Shown here: in pieces, positions 50,001-60,178 of the stretch | How positions within the stretch are numbered: the first letter of the stretch is position 1 | Layout: every line of letters starts with the position of its first letter | NCBI GenBank assembly: GCA_963703015.1 | Contig: OY969779.1 | Location: 2,122,328 to 2,186,327, forward strand | Origin: an uncultured Methanobacteriaceae archaeon | Lineage (GTDB): Archaea > Methanobacteriota > Methanobacteria > Methanobacteriales > Methanobacteriaceae | DNA length: 64,000 bases | Direction: 5' to 3' | Program-made: the position numbers and the translations under genes | The notes under the pieces: model-generated | The model's input: the letters and a program-made list of their open reading frames with translations, nothing else | Databases searched by the model: none | Told to the model about the DNA's origin: nothing

Positions 50001-51323
50001 ATTGTTGTAATTTAATGTGTTGTTGTAAAAATTGGTGGCATTGCAACCACTATTTATTCCGTTGTTGTTGTAGTTTAGAGTATTGTTAACAATCAAATTA
50101 TAATCTGCAGCACCAAAACTCTGTAGAACAATACCTATAGAACTATTATTAACTACATTGGAATCAACAACATTGTATGTGCCAATGAGTAAAATTCCTC
50201 CATCATCATTGTATAAAAAAGTATTTTTGCCCACTTTCACATGGTTCGCTGTTACTATGGCTCCATACATTTTATTATTTGAAAACCAGTTTCCAGTGAT
50301 GTTTGAGTAGTTGCTTGCGGAATTTATCCCTGCCTGATTGTAACTTAAATTGTTACCATCAACTACGTTGTAATCTGTATCAGAATAGTTTGCTAAGGTT
50401 ATTCCACAGTTGCCGTTGTTGGATGCTGTGTTGTTTAGGATTTGGTTGTTTCGTCCTGTTATGTCTAGTCCACTTACTAGGTTTGCAGTGGCTGTGTTGT
50501 TGGATATGGTACTGTTACTTAAGCAGATCCAGAAACCATTTTTATTGTTGGTTAGGGTGTTGCCACTTATGTTGAACTTTGTCGGGGTATTGGTCCCCAT
50601 CTGTTGTACTGCTATTCCGTCTTCAGCTCCTGTTACTGTGTTCCCTGTGATGATCATGCCCCGTGCATTGTCTGTTGTGTAAATTCCAGCTCCTGTGTAA
50701 CCTGTACAGCTTACTCTGTTGTTGGATACCGTGTTGTTTTCACTGTTATCATTGAATATGATTCCATTTAAGAAATTACTTATTGTGTTACCTGTCAGGG
50801 TGTTGCTGGTCACATTTCCGTATTCAAAGCTAATTCCATTCCCACCATCTGGATTAACACCAGTTATGGTGTTCCCAATTACCTGAGAGTTGTAAACATT
50901 ACCATAAAACTGTATTCCAACAAGTGATGCACCGGATATCACGTTGTTTTTTATGGTGCAGCTGTTGGCATTGTTAATCATGATACAGTAACTGCTGTTA
51001 GTCAATGCAAAGTTTTGAATAGAAGAGCCAGAACCACCAGAATTCACAACAAAAACAGCAGAACTAGAATCTTTAGATTTAATAGTTACGTTACCCGAGG
51101 CTTTAATCGATATTTTTTTATTGATGGATACACTCTCATTGTAGGAATATGATTTGTTGTTATTATCATAAACAGTAATACTATCTCCATCTGATGCTCC
51201 ATTAACAGCATTTTGAATGCTTTCACCAGGATGTACTGTGATGTTTGCAGCACTGATAGTTTGGATAGAAAACAGTAACATGCACATCAAGAACACATAA
51301 ACGATCAGTTTTTTTAACAACAT
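47067..51323 (-). CDS. Large adhesin-like protein: beta-helix plus about 7 Ig-like (Big_3-type) repeats
   Basis: N-terminus paralogous to 44297..46780. Repeats of L.ATL.D..G.P..GK.I.F.V.G...G.A.T...G.A. Confidence 0.85.
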   Translation of the reverse strand: MLLKKLIVYVFLMCMLLFSIQTISAANITVHPGESIQNAVNGASDGDSITVYDNNNKSYSYNESVSINKKISIKASGNVTIKSKDSSSAVFVVNSGGSGSSIQNFALTNSSYCIMINNANSCTIKNNVISGASLVGIQFYGNVYNSQVIGNTITGVNPDGGNGISFEYGNVTSNTLTGNTISNFLNGIIFNDNSENNTVSNNRVSCTGYTGAGIYTTDNARGMIITGNTVTGAEDGIAVQQMGTNTPTKFNISGNTLTNNKNGFWICLSNSTISNNTATANLVSGLDITGRNNQILNNTASNNGNCGITLANYSDTDYNVVDGNNLSYNQAGINSASNYSNITGNWFSNNKMYGAIVTANHVKVGKNTFLYNDDGGILLIGTYNVVDSNVVNNSSIGIVLQSFGAADYNLIVNNTLNYNNNGINSGCNATNFYNNTLNYNNQTGLTITGSNCYVVGNSMCYNKEAGLTINGINNVVTTNRLENNLYGASFSNHNAATFNFNSVVGNTYQLYSPDTSGTLNATNNWWGSNSSPSKIYGLFNVNPWIVLKLVSSSNKIIIGCVSNITADLTWNSAGEDTDLLYAGIFVPDGLIVNFSCDSLGFLSNILLMTVNGTATTNFTGSSNGSSIISANVDDQNVSSIVTVLSGSSLNVNPINGHKGELVNLVATLKDGNNQPVNGKTIRFLVDGTLVGTAMTNSSGVATLSYTLSQDPGSYPVVAQFLGDGVFPACNGTAALIVSKIMIGTNITLQPVSGYIGDGVKFTATLHDSNGSPVAGKTVVFYINGTSIGSASTDSNGTANLFYTLSQSSGNYTIMAIFLQDNNYLTSNSTSSLQVNLKSTTITINPVTGYKGDRINLTATLKDTNGNPVTGKTINFYINGTPVGTDVTGPDGKGNYNYALTQISGIYTIMGIFSSDGFYVGSNGTNTLNITLMPTKITVNPITGYKGTDVNLTARLEDKNGLGLDKKPIYFSVNGVSLGSALTDEDGAAVLTVNLVSPGGGNLAPSENDDSYVVLAQFFEDGNYCSSQNSNNLIVKLIPSTISVDTVTGHCGSNLNLVATLRDNTNKPISGKTVCFYVEGVEVGDAQTDVNGVATWVYKVSQTVNINYNLMVKFLGDDDFNKTEATTLLEIIPEKTVLSLTPLSSYTCANTCLKASLYDEDGNCISDKLISFFVNGKLLGTTTTDSEGIGTLICAINSPGSYILSAQYTDGVDYSSSSDSKSWTVYLVSSKLIFKSMKSYYGDKLKLSATLLNTANNLVVSSRTVYFYVNGKLVGSGLTNASGIASYSYLVKNVAGSYSLRAEYKNDNLYSGSSYSTILTVQKIPTKILTYKVYGKKNYRVKLTATLTNIHTSTKLANASVRFYVSGKYVGSGKTNKYGVASFYYTTKLHRGTYTLTAKYMSNNIYLGSSNSNKFIVLK

Positions 51324-51588
51324 ACCCCACCAAACCTAAATCATGTAATCAGGTTTGTATACTCACTTTAATATAATAGTTTCACCAACTTTTGTGCTAA
51401 AAATCACAATAAGAGCACTGTCAAATCAATAAATCCAATTTGGACAAATAGTAATATGGCCATAATAGGATTAGAACCCGGAAAAAACCACACTAAAATT
51501 TTAAAAAATAAGATAATGGCCTAAAAAAATCAGCAGAAAAGTAGGAAGCACAGATATGAATACTTTTTAAAATTTAGAATGAAAATCA

Positions 51589-52317
51589 CTATCTAAGCTT
51601 CAAGAATCTTAAAAACCTATCCTCCATGATGTTTAAAAAAAGCCCAATTTTCCCTGTTCTCCAAATACCGCAGCTAGTATCAATGGTTGAGTAGTCTTGA
51701 CCATGCTTATTCACAATATTTTTAAGGGTAATGTAATAACTCCGAGAAAAGGATTCTGTCCTAGAAGCATGATAAATACTAATGGGAACTACATAAACAG
51801 CTTTTCCAAGTTTTTTAGAGTCTAAACAATAATCAGCACCATATAAGTGCCAGTCAGGACATGTTTTTTCATCAAATTCCAGTTTTTTAAACACGGATCT
51901 ATCAACTACAAAGAGACATTCATCAACTGTTTGAACCTCCATTGGATAATCAAGATTCATACCAACATCTTCTGGAGGATATCCATCCTTAATATTACTG
52001 TACATAACATATTTTCCATTGTTTTCTGTGTAACCTGCAACACCTGCAACACCCAGATTTTCGAGTTTCTCAACAACTGCTTCTAGATCCTTGAGGCAGT
52101 CAGGATATGAGAGGTCAACATCTTGATGAACAAAGAAAAGATAATCGTTACCTGCCTTTTTTGCTCCGAAATTCAATGCTTGAGCTGCTGATTCATATTT
52201 TCCATCACAATTATCTACTAATATGAGTTCATATTCCATGTTTTGCTGTTTTAAACTGTTTAACAAATTAGTTTCAAGTATGGTTCTGTTGTTGTACACA
52301 GTTATTATGCTCATCAT
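51589..52317 (-). CDS. GT-A glycosyltransferase (Glyco_tranf_2_5-like)
   Basis: Motifs SII..YNN, SAAQALN.G, FVHQDV, TVDEC and WHLYGAD.C. Confidence 0.8.
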   Translation of the reverse strand: MMSIITVYNNRTILETNLLNSLKQQNMEYELILVDNCDGKYESAAQALNFGAKKAGNDYLFFVHQDVDLSYPDCLKDLEAVVEKLENLGVAGVAGYTENNGKYVMYSNIKDGYPPEDVGMNLDYPMEVQTVDECLFVVDRSVFKKLEFDEKTCPDWHLYGADYCLDSKKLGKAVYVVPISIYHASRTESFSRSYYITLKNIVNKHGQDYSTIDTSCGIWRTGKIGLFLNIMEDRFLRFLKLR

Positions 52318-52368
52318 TACAAACTAGCTCCAGATTAGATATCCATTTTTAATTTAGAAATACCATTT

Positions 52369-53328
52369 TTACAGATACTTGTCTGTAAACAGAATCCATA
52401 CAACGAAGAGAATGACCAGAATTGGCAGGCTAAGTAGAAACATTGCAATGGTGATGTAACAGGTTCTAGTTGCAATGTATGGGAGGGTGTTGTAAATAAC
52501 ATCTTCTTCCTGGTCAAAATTGGTTCTAAAACCATACAACAGGGTGAAAAACATGGTTAAACCAAAAAATACCACGAAAACACCCAATAGATATACAACA
52601 GGAAGATGGTAAACAGGCAACATGAAGCTGTTTGGCAGTAGGTAGTAAATGCTTCCAAGTAAAAAGATGAAACCAACCAACAATGACACATATTCAATCA
52701 TGTTCGCTGTCTTTTTTCCTGTTCTAACTGCAAATGTTCTGCAATCAAAGGACAAATCCAGATCATATTCTATGATGGTGTGCTTAATTTCATGGGCAAA
52801 GTATATCATAAACAAACCTAAAAGCAGCAGATCTGTTCCTAAATTGAAATAATTAAATTCACTAAGCAAAACCATGGATGGAATCACAAAGAAACCAAGG
52901 GATGCTATGGCAGGACCCAAAAGACTTTCTTTGAGTCGTATACTGAAATTGCTGTAGAAAAGGAACAGTAAAATTAGTACTAAGACGAGTGCTACTGGTG
53001 TGTTTGAACTGTAAATGAGAACTGAAAAAAACAATGAAACCAGGGACAAAACAACTATACTGACCCAGAGAAACTTCTTGGAAATCACTCCCTGTGTAAC
53101 TGGATTCTTAGATTTAGGATCCTTAGCTGCATCTCCCACAGCGTTACACATGAATCCTGCAGCAAATGCAAATACCAATGGAAGAATGTATAAAAGCGAC
53201 CATGGGCTGCTTATGAAACCATTGTACATTAAAATTGCAAAGAATGGAATCATGGTGATGAAGTAACCACCATATTTAAGAGATCTTGTTGTTCTGTAAG
53301 CGTAGATAAATGATTTTATACCGTTCAT
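52369..53328 (-). CDS. UbiA-family prenyltransferase
   Basis: Polytopic membrane protein with Asp-rich motif NAVGDAAKD..SKNP..G, LFYS...IRLK, and a second motif EYDLD...RTFAV..G. Confidence 0.78.
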   Translation of the reverse strand: MNGIKSFIYAYRTTRSLKYGGYFITMIPFFAILMYNGFISSPWSLLYILPLVFAFAAGFMCNAVGDAAKDPKSKNPVTQGVISKKFLWVSIVVLSLVSLFFSVLIYSSNTPVALVLVLILLFLFYSNFSIRLKESLLGPAIASLGFFVIPSMVLLSEFNYFNLGTDLLLLGLFMIYFAHEIKHTIIEYDLDLSFDCRTFAVRTGKKTANMIEYVSLLVGFIFLLGSIYYLLPNSFMLPVYHLPVVYLLGVFVVFFGLTMFFTLLYGFRTNFDQEEDVIYNTLPYIATRTCYITIAMFLLSLPILVILFVVWILFTDKYL

Positions 53329-53335
53329 TTTTATT

Positions 53336-54244
53336 TCATCCTTCTTTTCTTTTGATAAAGAGCAATAAAAGACTAATTATTATGAATGGACCCATTGTAG
53401 TTGTTCCAATGAGCAGATATTCTTCATGACCCAATAAAATGGCAGATAATCCATATATTACAAAGAACATCACATATATTCCAATCACAGCTAAATCTAA
53501 ACCTGAATAATCATCTTCTGTAGAATCTTCCTTCTGTAAAGATTCTATTAATCTGAAGATTAAAGTGGCAGAGAATGCTATTAAGAACCATCCGACAAAA
53601 TTACTTAATGGAATTCCATAATAGGGACCTCCACCTATCCAGATCCAACCTTGGGTTGTCACAACCACGGGATCTATGATCATGTCAAGATTGGCAGCAA
53701 CCAACCCACTTATCACGGCCAATAAAACAGTAATTGTCAAGGCATAAACAAAATGGTCCCTCTTGAAGTTTGGTTTTTTGGAACCTGATTTGATAACGAT
53801 GTCTGAAACTGTGTAGGAAATATATAGGATTACCATCCATGAGATCACGGTTGTTAGGGGAACAACTCCAAAAATGAATGGCGTTAATATTGGATTGTAG
53901 TAGTAATGTCCGAATATGGTGCCATATGTAACCCCAATAATTTCTGGTACAGATCCGAATATTAGTGCCAGTAGGTAGAATATTCCTGTTTTAACTCTGC
54001 CCTTTGTAATTGTGGAGTGGATCATTACCAGTCCAAAGGCTGTGTATATCCATAAAGAACCTAAAAATTCTGTAATTAGATTTTTATATCCAATTAAACC
54101 CGTGATGTAGCATATAAATGTAATTAGAAGGAGTATTAGATAGATGGGAAAAATAATTTTCCTAAGTTTAGGATCCCTACCCATTAAAATTGAAACTATG
54201 GCAATTGCAACAATAATGAGTCCTGTATAAAGAATGCTGATCAT
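53336..54244 (-). CDS. CruF-like (carotenoid biosynthesis / isoprenoid hydratase family) membrane protein
   Basis: Motifs E..GV..G..FG.YYY, GVVPL....SW, D...DPV...G.W.W...GPYYGIPLSNF.GWF. Confidence 0.8.
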   Translation of the reverse strand: MISILYTGLIIVAIAIVSILMGRDPKLRKIIFPIYLILLLITFICYITGLIGYKNLITEFLGSLWIYTAFGLVMIHSTITKGRVKTGIFYLLALIFGSVPEIIGVTYGTIFGHYYYNPILTPFIFGVVPLTTVISWMVILYISYTVSDIVIKSGSKKPNFKRDHFVYALTITVLLAVISGLVAANLDMIIDPVVVTTQGWIWIGGGPYYGIPLSNFVGWFLIAFSATLIFRLIESLQKEDSTEDDYSGLDLAVIGIYVMFFVIYGLSAILLGHEEYLLIGTTTMGPFIIISLLLLFIKRKEG

Positions 54245-54323
54245 TTTTACAACCTAGGGTAATTTTTTTTATACAACTATTTGATCTGCAGTTAATAATT
54301 TATATAATTTTCAAAACTACAGT

Positions 54324-55757
54324 TTAAGCCCTTAATTTTCTGATAATATCCATATCTACCTCGTCAATACCTCGAACAATATATAGAACAATGAAGTACA
54401 CAACTATCCCTACAAACACCAATAAAAATAGGTTTAAATTGATGAAATAAACTAGAAACAAGCTCATAACAATGGTTGAAATTATTATGCGGGACAAATC
54501 CTTAAAAACCACCTTCAATGAAACACCATAACCTAACCTGTAAGACACATATATTATATAGCTGACCAGCACAATTTCGGTGATTAAAGTGGCAACACTA
54601 GCACCAACATAGCTGTATGATGGAATCAGGATTAAATTCACCACAATATTGATTATTAAGCAGATTATGGATATCTTGGTTATTATGATCTGTTTGTTGA
54701 TGGATTGTAGCAGTTGAATGTAGGCTGCTCCTGCAAATGTGAAAACTACGGTCCATACCAGAATTTGGAGTGCAATGATGGAAGGTTCATATCCTGAACC
54801 ATAAAGAAGGAGTATTATTTGCTTTGAAAGTATGGATGTACCAACTCCAAGGGGAATGCCTATAATGAGCATGTACTTAAAATATCTTTCATAGAGCAGC
54901 TTCAAATTGTGACCTGAAGAATCAGAGTAAAGTCTGGACATCACAGGATAAACTGCCATATTTATGGCATTTGGAAGCAGAAGTGCTATGTACATCAACC
55001 TGTAAGCTGCACTGTACCATCCAACAGCCTCTGTACTCTTGAGTATGGATAATATTATGGTATCAACGTAGGTGTAGAGCATTCCACTGATCTGTATGAG
55101 TCCAAATGACCAAGCTTCATTAATGGTTGGAATCCAAAAATTTAGGTCAAACTCAAGTTCATTTTCAGAAAAACCTCTGAAATATATTAATGTACTATAG
55201 ATCAGCACCACAATACTTGTAATAACATAAACAACTGCAAAGTACACTATGCTGAGTCCAAGGTATATTCCAAGTACTGTACCAGAAAGTAGCACCATGC
55301 TGTTCATGATATTTGCAAGTGAAAGATATTCCATTCTTTCATTTGCCTGGAAAATTGCATTTAAAAATGTATAAAAAGAACTAATAATAACAGACAACGT
55401 AATTAGATAAATTGTAATGGATTCTGTCCAGTTGTATCCAATGATGTTTACTGTTGAAACAACGAGAAAAAAGGTAACAAATGACAATATAAATTTCATT
55501 AAAAGGCCGTTTAGAACGTATTTGCCTGTGAGAGATTTTTTACGTGCAAGATCCCTGACCATGAGGGTGCTTATTCCCATGTCTGCAAATATTCCAAATA
55601 TGGCTCCAATTGAAAGTGCCAGTGATATAATCCCAAACCCATTGGCTCCCAGATAACGGGCAGTGTAAACCAAAGTAAAAAAAGCCAATATATACGTTAA
55701 AATTTGTGAAAAGAAGACCAAACCAACATTTTTACTGATCTTTTGGATTGTATTCAT
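54324..55757 (-). CDS. Oligosaccharide flippase (Wzx)
   Basis: Motifs ARYLG..GFG, D.G, D..ILS......VG.YSAAYR and IP.YSYVGA. Confidence 0.9.
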   Translation of the reverse strand: MNTIQKISKNVGLVFFSQILTYILAFFTLVYTARYLGANGFGIISLALSIGAIFGIFADMGISTLMVRDLARKKSLTGKYVLNGLLMKFILSFVTFFLVVSTVNIIGYNWTESITIYLITLSVIISSFYTFLNAIFQANERMEYLSLANIMNSMVLLSGTVLGIYLGLSIVYFAVVYVITSIVVLIYSTLIYFRGFSENELEFDLNFWIPTINEAWSFGLIQISGMLYTYVDTIILSILKSTEAVGWYSAAYRLMYIALLLPNAINMAVYPVMSRLYSDSSGHNLKLLYERYFKYMLIIGIPLGVGTSILSKQIILLLYGSGYEPSIIALQILVWTVVFTFAGAAYIQLLQSINKQIIITKISIICLIINIVVNLILIPSYSYVGASVATLITEIVLVSYIIYVSYRLGYGVSLKVVFKDLSRIIISTIVMSLFLVYFINLNLFLLVFVGIVVYFIVLYIVRGIDEVDMDIIRKLRA

Positions 55758-56168
55758 TTATAATACCTTTTTTTAATAGATTTCTGGAACTTCCAAACAC
55801 ACTAATTTTTTTTAATGAGACATATCCCTGTTTGGACCATTTTATTTTCCATAAGAAATTTAAAACAACTGTGCTTGATCCCGGATATTAATCATCAAAT
55901 TTGTTCAAATTGTTACTATCAATATTTTAATTGGACGCCCAGAGATAAATATTTTTTTATGAGTAATAGGATGTAAGAGACAACATTAAAATGATAAAGA
56001 ATATTTATTAATCATTATCAACAATAATATGTTAGTCGTTAAAAATTTCAAAAATAATTTCATATCAAAATAAGAATTTTATACATTTCAATCAAACCAT
56101 AAAACTTTTATATTTTCATTGTACCAAAAAAATTAGAAATTTTTTAATAAAAAAAATCTGGGGGAAGT

Positions 56169-57281
56169 TTGATCATGAATATACTGATGATAAATTACCT
56201 TGAAACAACTTCTCCCGGGGGTATCAGTAAAACAGTGATGGAACTGGCTCAAAACATTTCTAAAAAAAATGAAGTAACAGTTCTTCAACCGAATCCTTCC
56301 AAACTATCCCCTGAGGAATCAATAAATGGATTTAAAATCATTCGAGTTTCATCCTCCATTGATAACACCAAATATCTCTACGGTCTAAACTTCGAAATCT
56401 ACAGGTACCTAAAGAAACATTTCATGGAACTAAATCCCGACGTAGTTCATGTTCATGGTTACCATCATTTAATGCCCATAGAATCTATTCATACAATTAA
56501 AAACATCAACCCACATGTACCTGTCATATTCTCACCACACCTAGACATTGTAAGGGGCAGATTTGTAGGAAAGTATCTCTGGAACATTTACAATATATTT
56601 GCCAGGACAGTATTCACGAAATCTGCCGGGATCATATCGTGTTCAAAATTTGAATCTGAAAATATCTCAGAGATTGGGGTTGATCAAGCTAAAATAACCA
56701 TCATACCCCATGGTGTGGATTTAATTGAACCCAAAAACGATAAAAATCCAGGAGAAACAATTAAACTCCTATACACCGGCCATTTGATACCCAGAAAGGG
56801 TATTGATCACATACTTGAAGGATTAAACTGTCTGATAATGGATAAAGATGTTAAAAATGTTGCTTTGACGGTTGTTGGTGATGGTCCAGAAAAACAGAAG
56901 TTAATTAAAATGGCTGAAAACATGGGAATACAGGACTACGTCGAGTGGAAATCATTTTTATCTAATGAAGAGCTCATAAAAACAGTTAAGAGTGCTGATA
57001 TTTACATGCTGCTTTCTAGATCAGAAGCCTACGGAATTGCTGTTGCAGAAGCTCTTGCACTTGGAACTCCTTGCATAGTGACCAATAGAACTGCTTTAAA
57101 GGAGTTTTCAAATGAAAATGGATGTTACACAGTGGAATATCCTCCGGATCCTGAAGAAGTGGCAGAAACCATAATAAAAGTTTACAACTCTAATAATGGG
57201 GTGGGACCCCTATCAAGCAAGATCAGGACATGGGGCCAAGTTGCTGAAGATTATGAGGTAATTTACCGGTCTGTAATTTAG
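56169..57281 (+). CDS. GT4 glycosyltransferase
   Basis: Motifs PGG, HVHG, IPHG, GHL..RKG and EAYGIAVAEALALG. Confidence 0.88.
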   Translation: MIMNILMINYLETTSPGGISKTVMELAQNISKKNEVTVLQPNPSKLSPEESINGFKIIRVSSSIDNTKYLYGLNFEIYRYLKKHFMELNPDVVHVHGYHHLMPIESIHTIKNINPHVPVIFSPHLDIVRGRFVGKYLWNIYNIFARTVFTKSAGIISCSKFESENISEIGVDQAKITIIPHGVDLIEPKNDKNPGETIKLLYTGHLIPRKGIDHILEGLNCLIMDKDVKNVALTVVGDGPEKQKLIKMAENMGIQDYVEWKSFLSNEELIKTVKSADIYMLLSRSEAYGIAVAEALALGTPCIVTNRTALKEFSNENGCYTVEYPPDPEEVAETIIKVYNSNNGVGPLSSKIRTWGQVAEDYEVIYRSVI

Positions 57282-57319
57282 ATTCTCAAGAAACTAACTG
57301 ATAATATTGTAATTATTTA

Positions 57320-58912
57320 TTGGAAGGAATCATGATGATGGAATACAAGAGGATAATCAATTTACTCTGGATAATACCGGGAATAGTTGCATTTTTCCTG
57401 GCTTTAATCCCTACTGTTGCAAATTCATGGCCACTGACCCTTGATATATACACGCATATTCACATTGCTCAAGTTTACAGCCAATATGGAATCACATTAG
57501 TTGATCCACTCACAAACCCTCCTACAGGAACACCTATAGCTTACCCTCCTCTGTTTAGTTTGATATTAACGTTTTTAACAGGTATTTTTAAGATAGACTA
57601 CTTCACCATAGCCAGGGTGTTACAACCTGTCCTTGCTTTGCTTGCTGTTTCATCCATCGCCTACACAGCAAAAAAATTTTATGGAAATTATGCCGGGATA
57701 TCTGCAGGATTTCTCATAATCTCAAGTTTTCTATTTGTGAGATTCATATCTCCACTACCAGAAACCCTTGCAATGATATTTGTGCCTCTGACAATCTATT
57801 TCTATTACAAATCAGCAGTTTCCAAAGAGTATAAATACGCAATTTTATCCAGCTTCCTGTTTTTAGTAGTTATATTAACGCACCAAGCAACAACTTTAAT
57901 ACTGTTTACAACTGTGACAGCAATTACAATTGTCACAGCCCTAATTAACAGGGACAAAATTTATATATACATCTACCCCTTGTTTCTTTCAATACCCTTA
58001 ATAATAGGGATTTTACTTTCATTAGCTGCCTTGGTTGTAGCACCAAGCTTCGTATCCAAAATTTTAAGCTACGGAGTAACAGCTGTCACAGGTTACACAT
58101 CCACACTACCAATCAGTGATCCAATCAGTGTTTACAAATACCTGGTTTACTTGGGTGTGGTACTCATATTTGCAATAGCAGGAGCAACAGTTGCCCTTAA
58201 AAGACGTGAAACAAGGGATATATTCATTTTGGTATGGATAGTGGCGGTTTTCTTGATGAGCAATTCCTACTGGTTTGGAGTGAATGTCTACACCATAAGA
58301 GTACTTGTACACCTTCTGATTCCACTATCAATACTTGGAGGGCTTGGTTTAAGTTACATCTACTTGGATTACAAAAAAACAGAATTCACAAGTATCAGGA
58401 TCAGAACTGCACTACTTATAGTGGTATTCATTGTGGCCACCCTGTTTGGATATGTAACTGTATCAGATCCCCAGATAAACCAACTCCCGAAATACAATGC
58501 ACAGCCCTACAATCAAACATACTTAATAATACCACAACTTACACCACCAACCAACTCAGAAGTGGAATTAGCTGATTGGTTCAAACAAAACGCAGATAAA
58601 AATTCATCTGTAGTTTCTAACAACTATGCAGTTAATTTGTTTTTACAATCTGAAACTGACCAACCAATAGCAGGTGTTCAATCATCAGAACATGTTATTG
58701 AATGGGGATTTGGACCTGATGAACTCAAACAAAAGAATATAGGTTACTACGTGTTTGATAAAAGACTTAATTACACATCTAACTCCACTGAAAAAATCAT
58801 AAGTGAAGGTAGCTTCATCTTCTACAACAACCACAACAACATCAGCTCGCTACTACCGTCAAGCTCTCAACTCGTTTATCAAAACCAGAATTTCATGGTA
58901 TTCAAGATATAA
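57320..58912 (+). CDS. GT-C-like polytopic membrane protein (STT3/PTPS-related type)
   Basis: D.Y.H motif in the first loop, YPPLF, about 12 TM helices and a soluble C-terminal domain. Confidence 0.65.
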   Translation: MEGIMMMEYKRIINLLWIIPGIVAFFLALIPTVANSWPLTLDIYTHIHIAQVYSQYGITLVDPLTNPPTGTPIAYPPLFSLILTFLTGIFKIDYFTIARVLQPVLALLAVSSIAYTAKKFYGNYAGISAGFLIISSFLFVRFISPLPETLAMIFVPLTIYFYYKSAVSKEYKYAILSSFLFLVVILTHQATTLILFTTVTAITIVTALINRDKIYIYIYPLFLSIPLIIGILLSLAALVVAPSFVSKILSYGVTAVTGYTSTLPISDPISVYKYLVYLGVVLIFAIAGATVALKRRETRDIFILVWIVAVFLMSNSYWFGVNVYTIRVLVHLLIPLSILGGLGLSYIYLDYKKTEFTSIRIRTALLIVVFIVATLFGYVTVSDPQINQLPKYNAQPYNQTYLIIPQLTPPTNSEVELADWFKQNADKNSSVVSNNYAVNLFLQSETDQPIAGVQSSEHVIEWGFGPDELKQKNIGYYVFDKRLNYTSNSTEKIISEGSFIFYNNHNNISSLLPSSSQLVYQNQNFMVFKI

Positions 58913-58968
58913 ATTGATTATAATGGTTATTAATAGGTTTATAATTGAATTTATAAAGATTTAAAGGA

Positions 58969-60162
58969 ATGTTGAACATGAAAATAGCTTTAGTTGCACC
59001 CATGGATCCGAAAACAGGGATAAGTAATTACACAGAGACCCTGGCCATCGAACTTTTAAAGCTTGGCCAAAAAGTGGATATTGTGGCACCTGAAAACTCA
59101 AAAAATACACAACTCACCAAGATGGATGGCGTGAACCACACACTCCCAGAAGATTACAAGGTTTCCAACCATGATGTAACCCATTTTCAGCTTGCAAACT
59201 CTCCACTTCACGAATTTCAACTTCATTTAATTCAGGATCATAAAAAAGACCTAACCTTAAACTCGAACATCATCACAACAGTTCATGATGCGAGAAATTT
59301 TGATGTATTCAACTTCAAATGTTCTAAATGCATATTATTTGGACTACAACTTCCTGAATCAAAATTGATCTATCCCTACGATGTGGTTGACAGGGGTTTT
59401 CAAAGAATAAGTAATCTTCTCCTGTTTCACAACACAAGTGCCATTGATGAATATAAAACCCGTTACAACCTCGATCAATCAATATTTAGGCGGGTACTTC
59501 ATCCAGCCTATAGAATACCGGGCATAGACAGCTCTTGGAAACTAGAGGGTGGTAGTATCAAAACTTTGGTTGCACCGGGATACATATCGCCCTACAAAGG
59601 TCAGGATATTTTAATTAAAGCAGTTAAAAGCTTAGATATGAATTTTAAACTGATATTTGTTGGGAAGATTTTGGATGATGACTATGGTAGGTATCTCCGT
59701 AACTTGGTAACTGAAAATCAATTGGAAAAAAAGGTGGAGTTCAAGGGATTTGTATCAGAAGAGGAATTTATCAAAACAATAGACAATGCCGAGGCAGTAC
59801 TGGTACCTAGACTCACGAGTCCATGGCTCAAGAATAAATCAGTTTTCAAGTTGAGGAAACTCATGGGTTTAAATGTATTAATTAATCAATCCACCAGCGG
59901 AGTTTTAACCAAGGCTTTGGCATCTGGAAAACCAGTAATATGTTCAAAAAATCAGGGATTTGCAGATTACATAAATGAAGATAATGGTATAATGTGTACC
60001 AATACAGCTGAGAGTTGGGCTCAAGCAATGAAATATATCCTGAAAACTCCAAATAAAACAAAGGAAATGTCTGTTAAATCCAGACAATTTGCTGAGGAGG
60101 AGTTGAGCCCTAAAAAAATTGCAGAAGAACACCTTAAATTCTACGGTATAAATCTAAAATAA
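58969..60162 (+). CDS. GT4 glycosyltransferase
   Basis: Motifs GI..YT..L, T.HD, GYI.PYKG and SGVL..ALA.GKPVI. Confidence 0.82.
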   Translation: MLNMKIALVAPMDPKTGISNYTETLAIELLKLGQKVDIVAPENSKNTQLTKMDGVNHTLPEDYKVSNHDVTHFQLANSPLHEFQLHLIQDHKKDLTLNSNIITTVHDARNFDVFNFKCSKCILFGLQLPESKLIYPYDVVDRGFQRISNLLLFHNTSAIDEYKTRYNLDQSIFRRVLHPAYRIPGIDSSWKLEGGSIKTLVAPGYISPYKGQDILIKAVKSLDMNFKLIFVGKILDDDYGRYLRNLVTENQLEKKVEFKGFVSEEEFIKTIDNAEAVLVPRLTSPWLKNKSVFKLRKLMGLNVLINQSTSGVLTKALASGKPVICSKNQGFADYINEDNGIMCTNTAESWAQAMKYILKTPNKTKEMSVKSRQFAEEELSPKKIAEEHLKFYGINLK

Positions 60163-60178
60163 AAAAACAGGTTAAATC

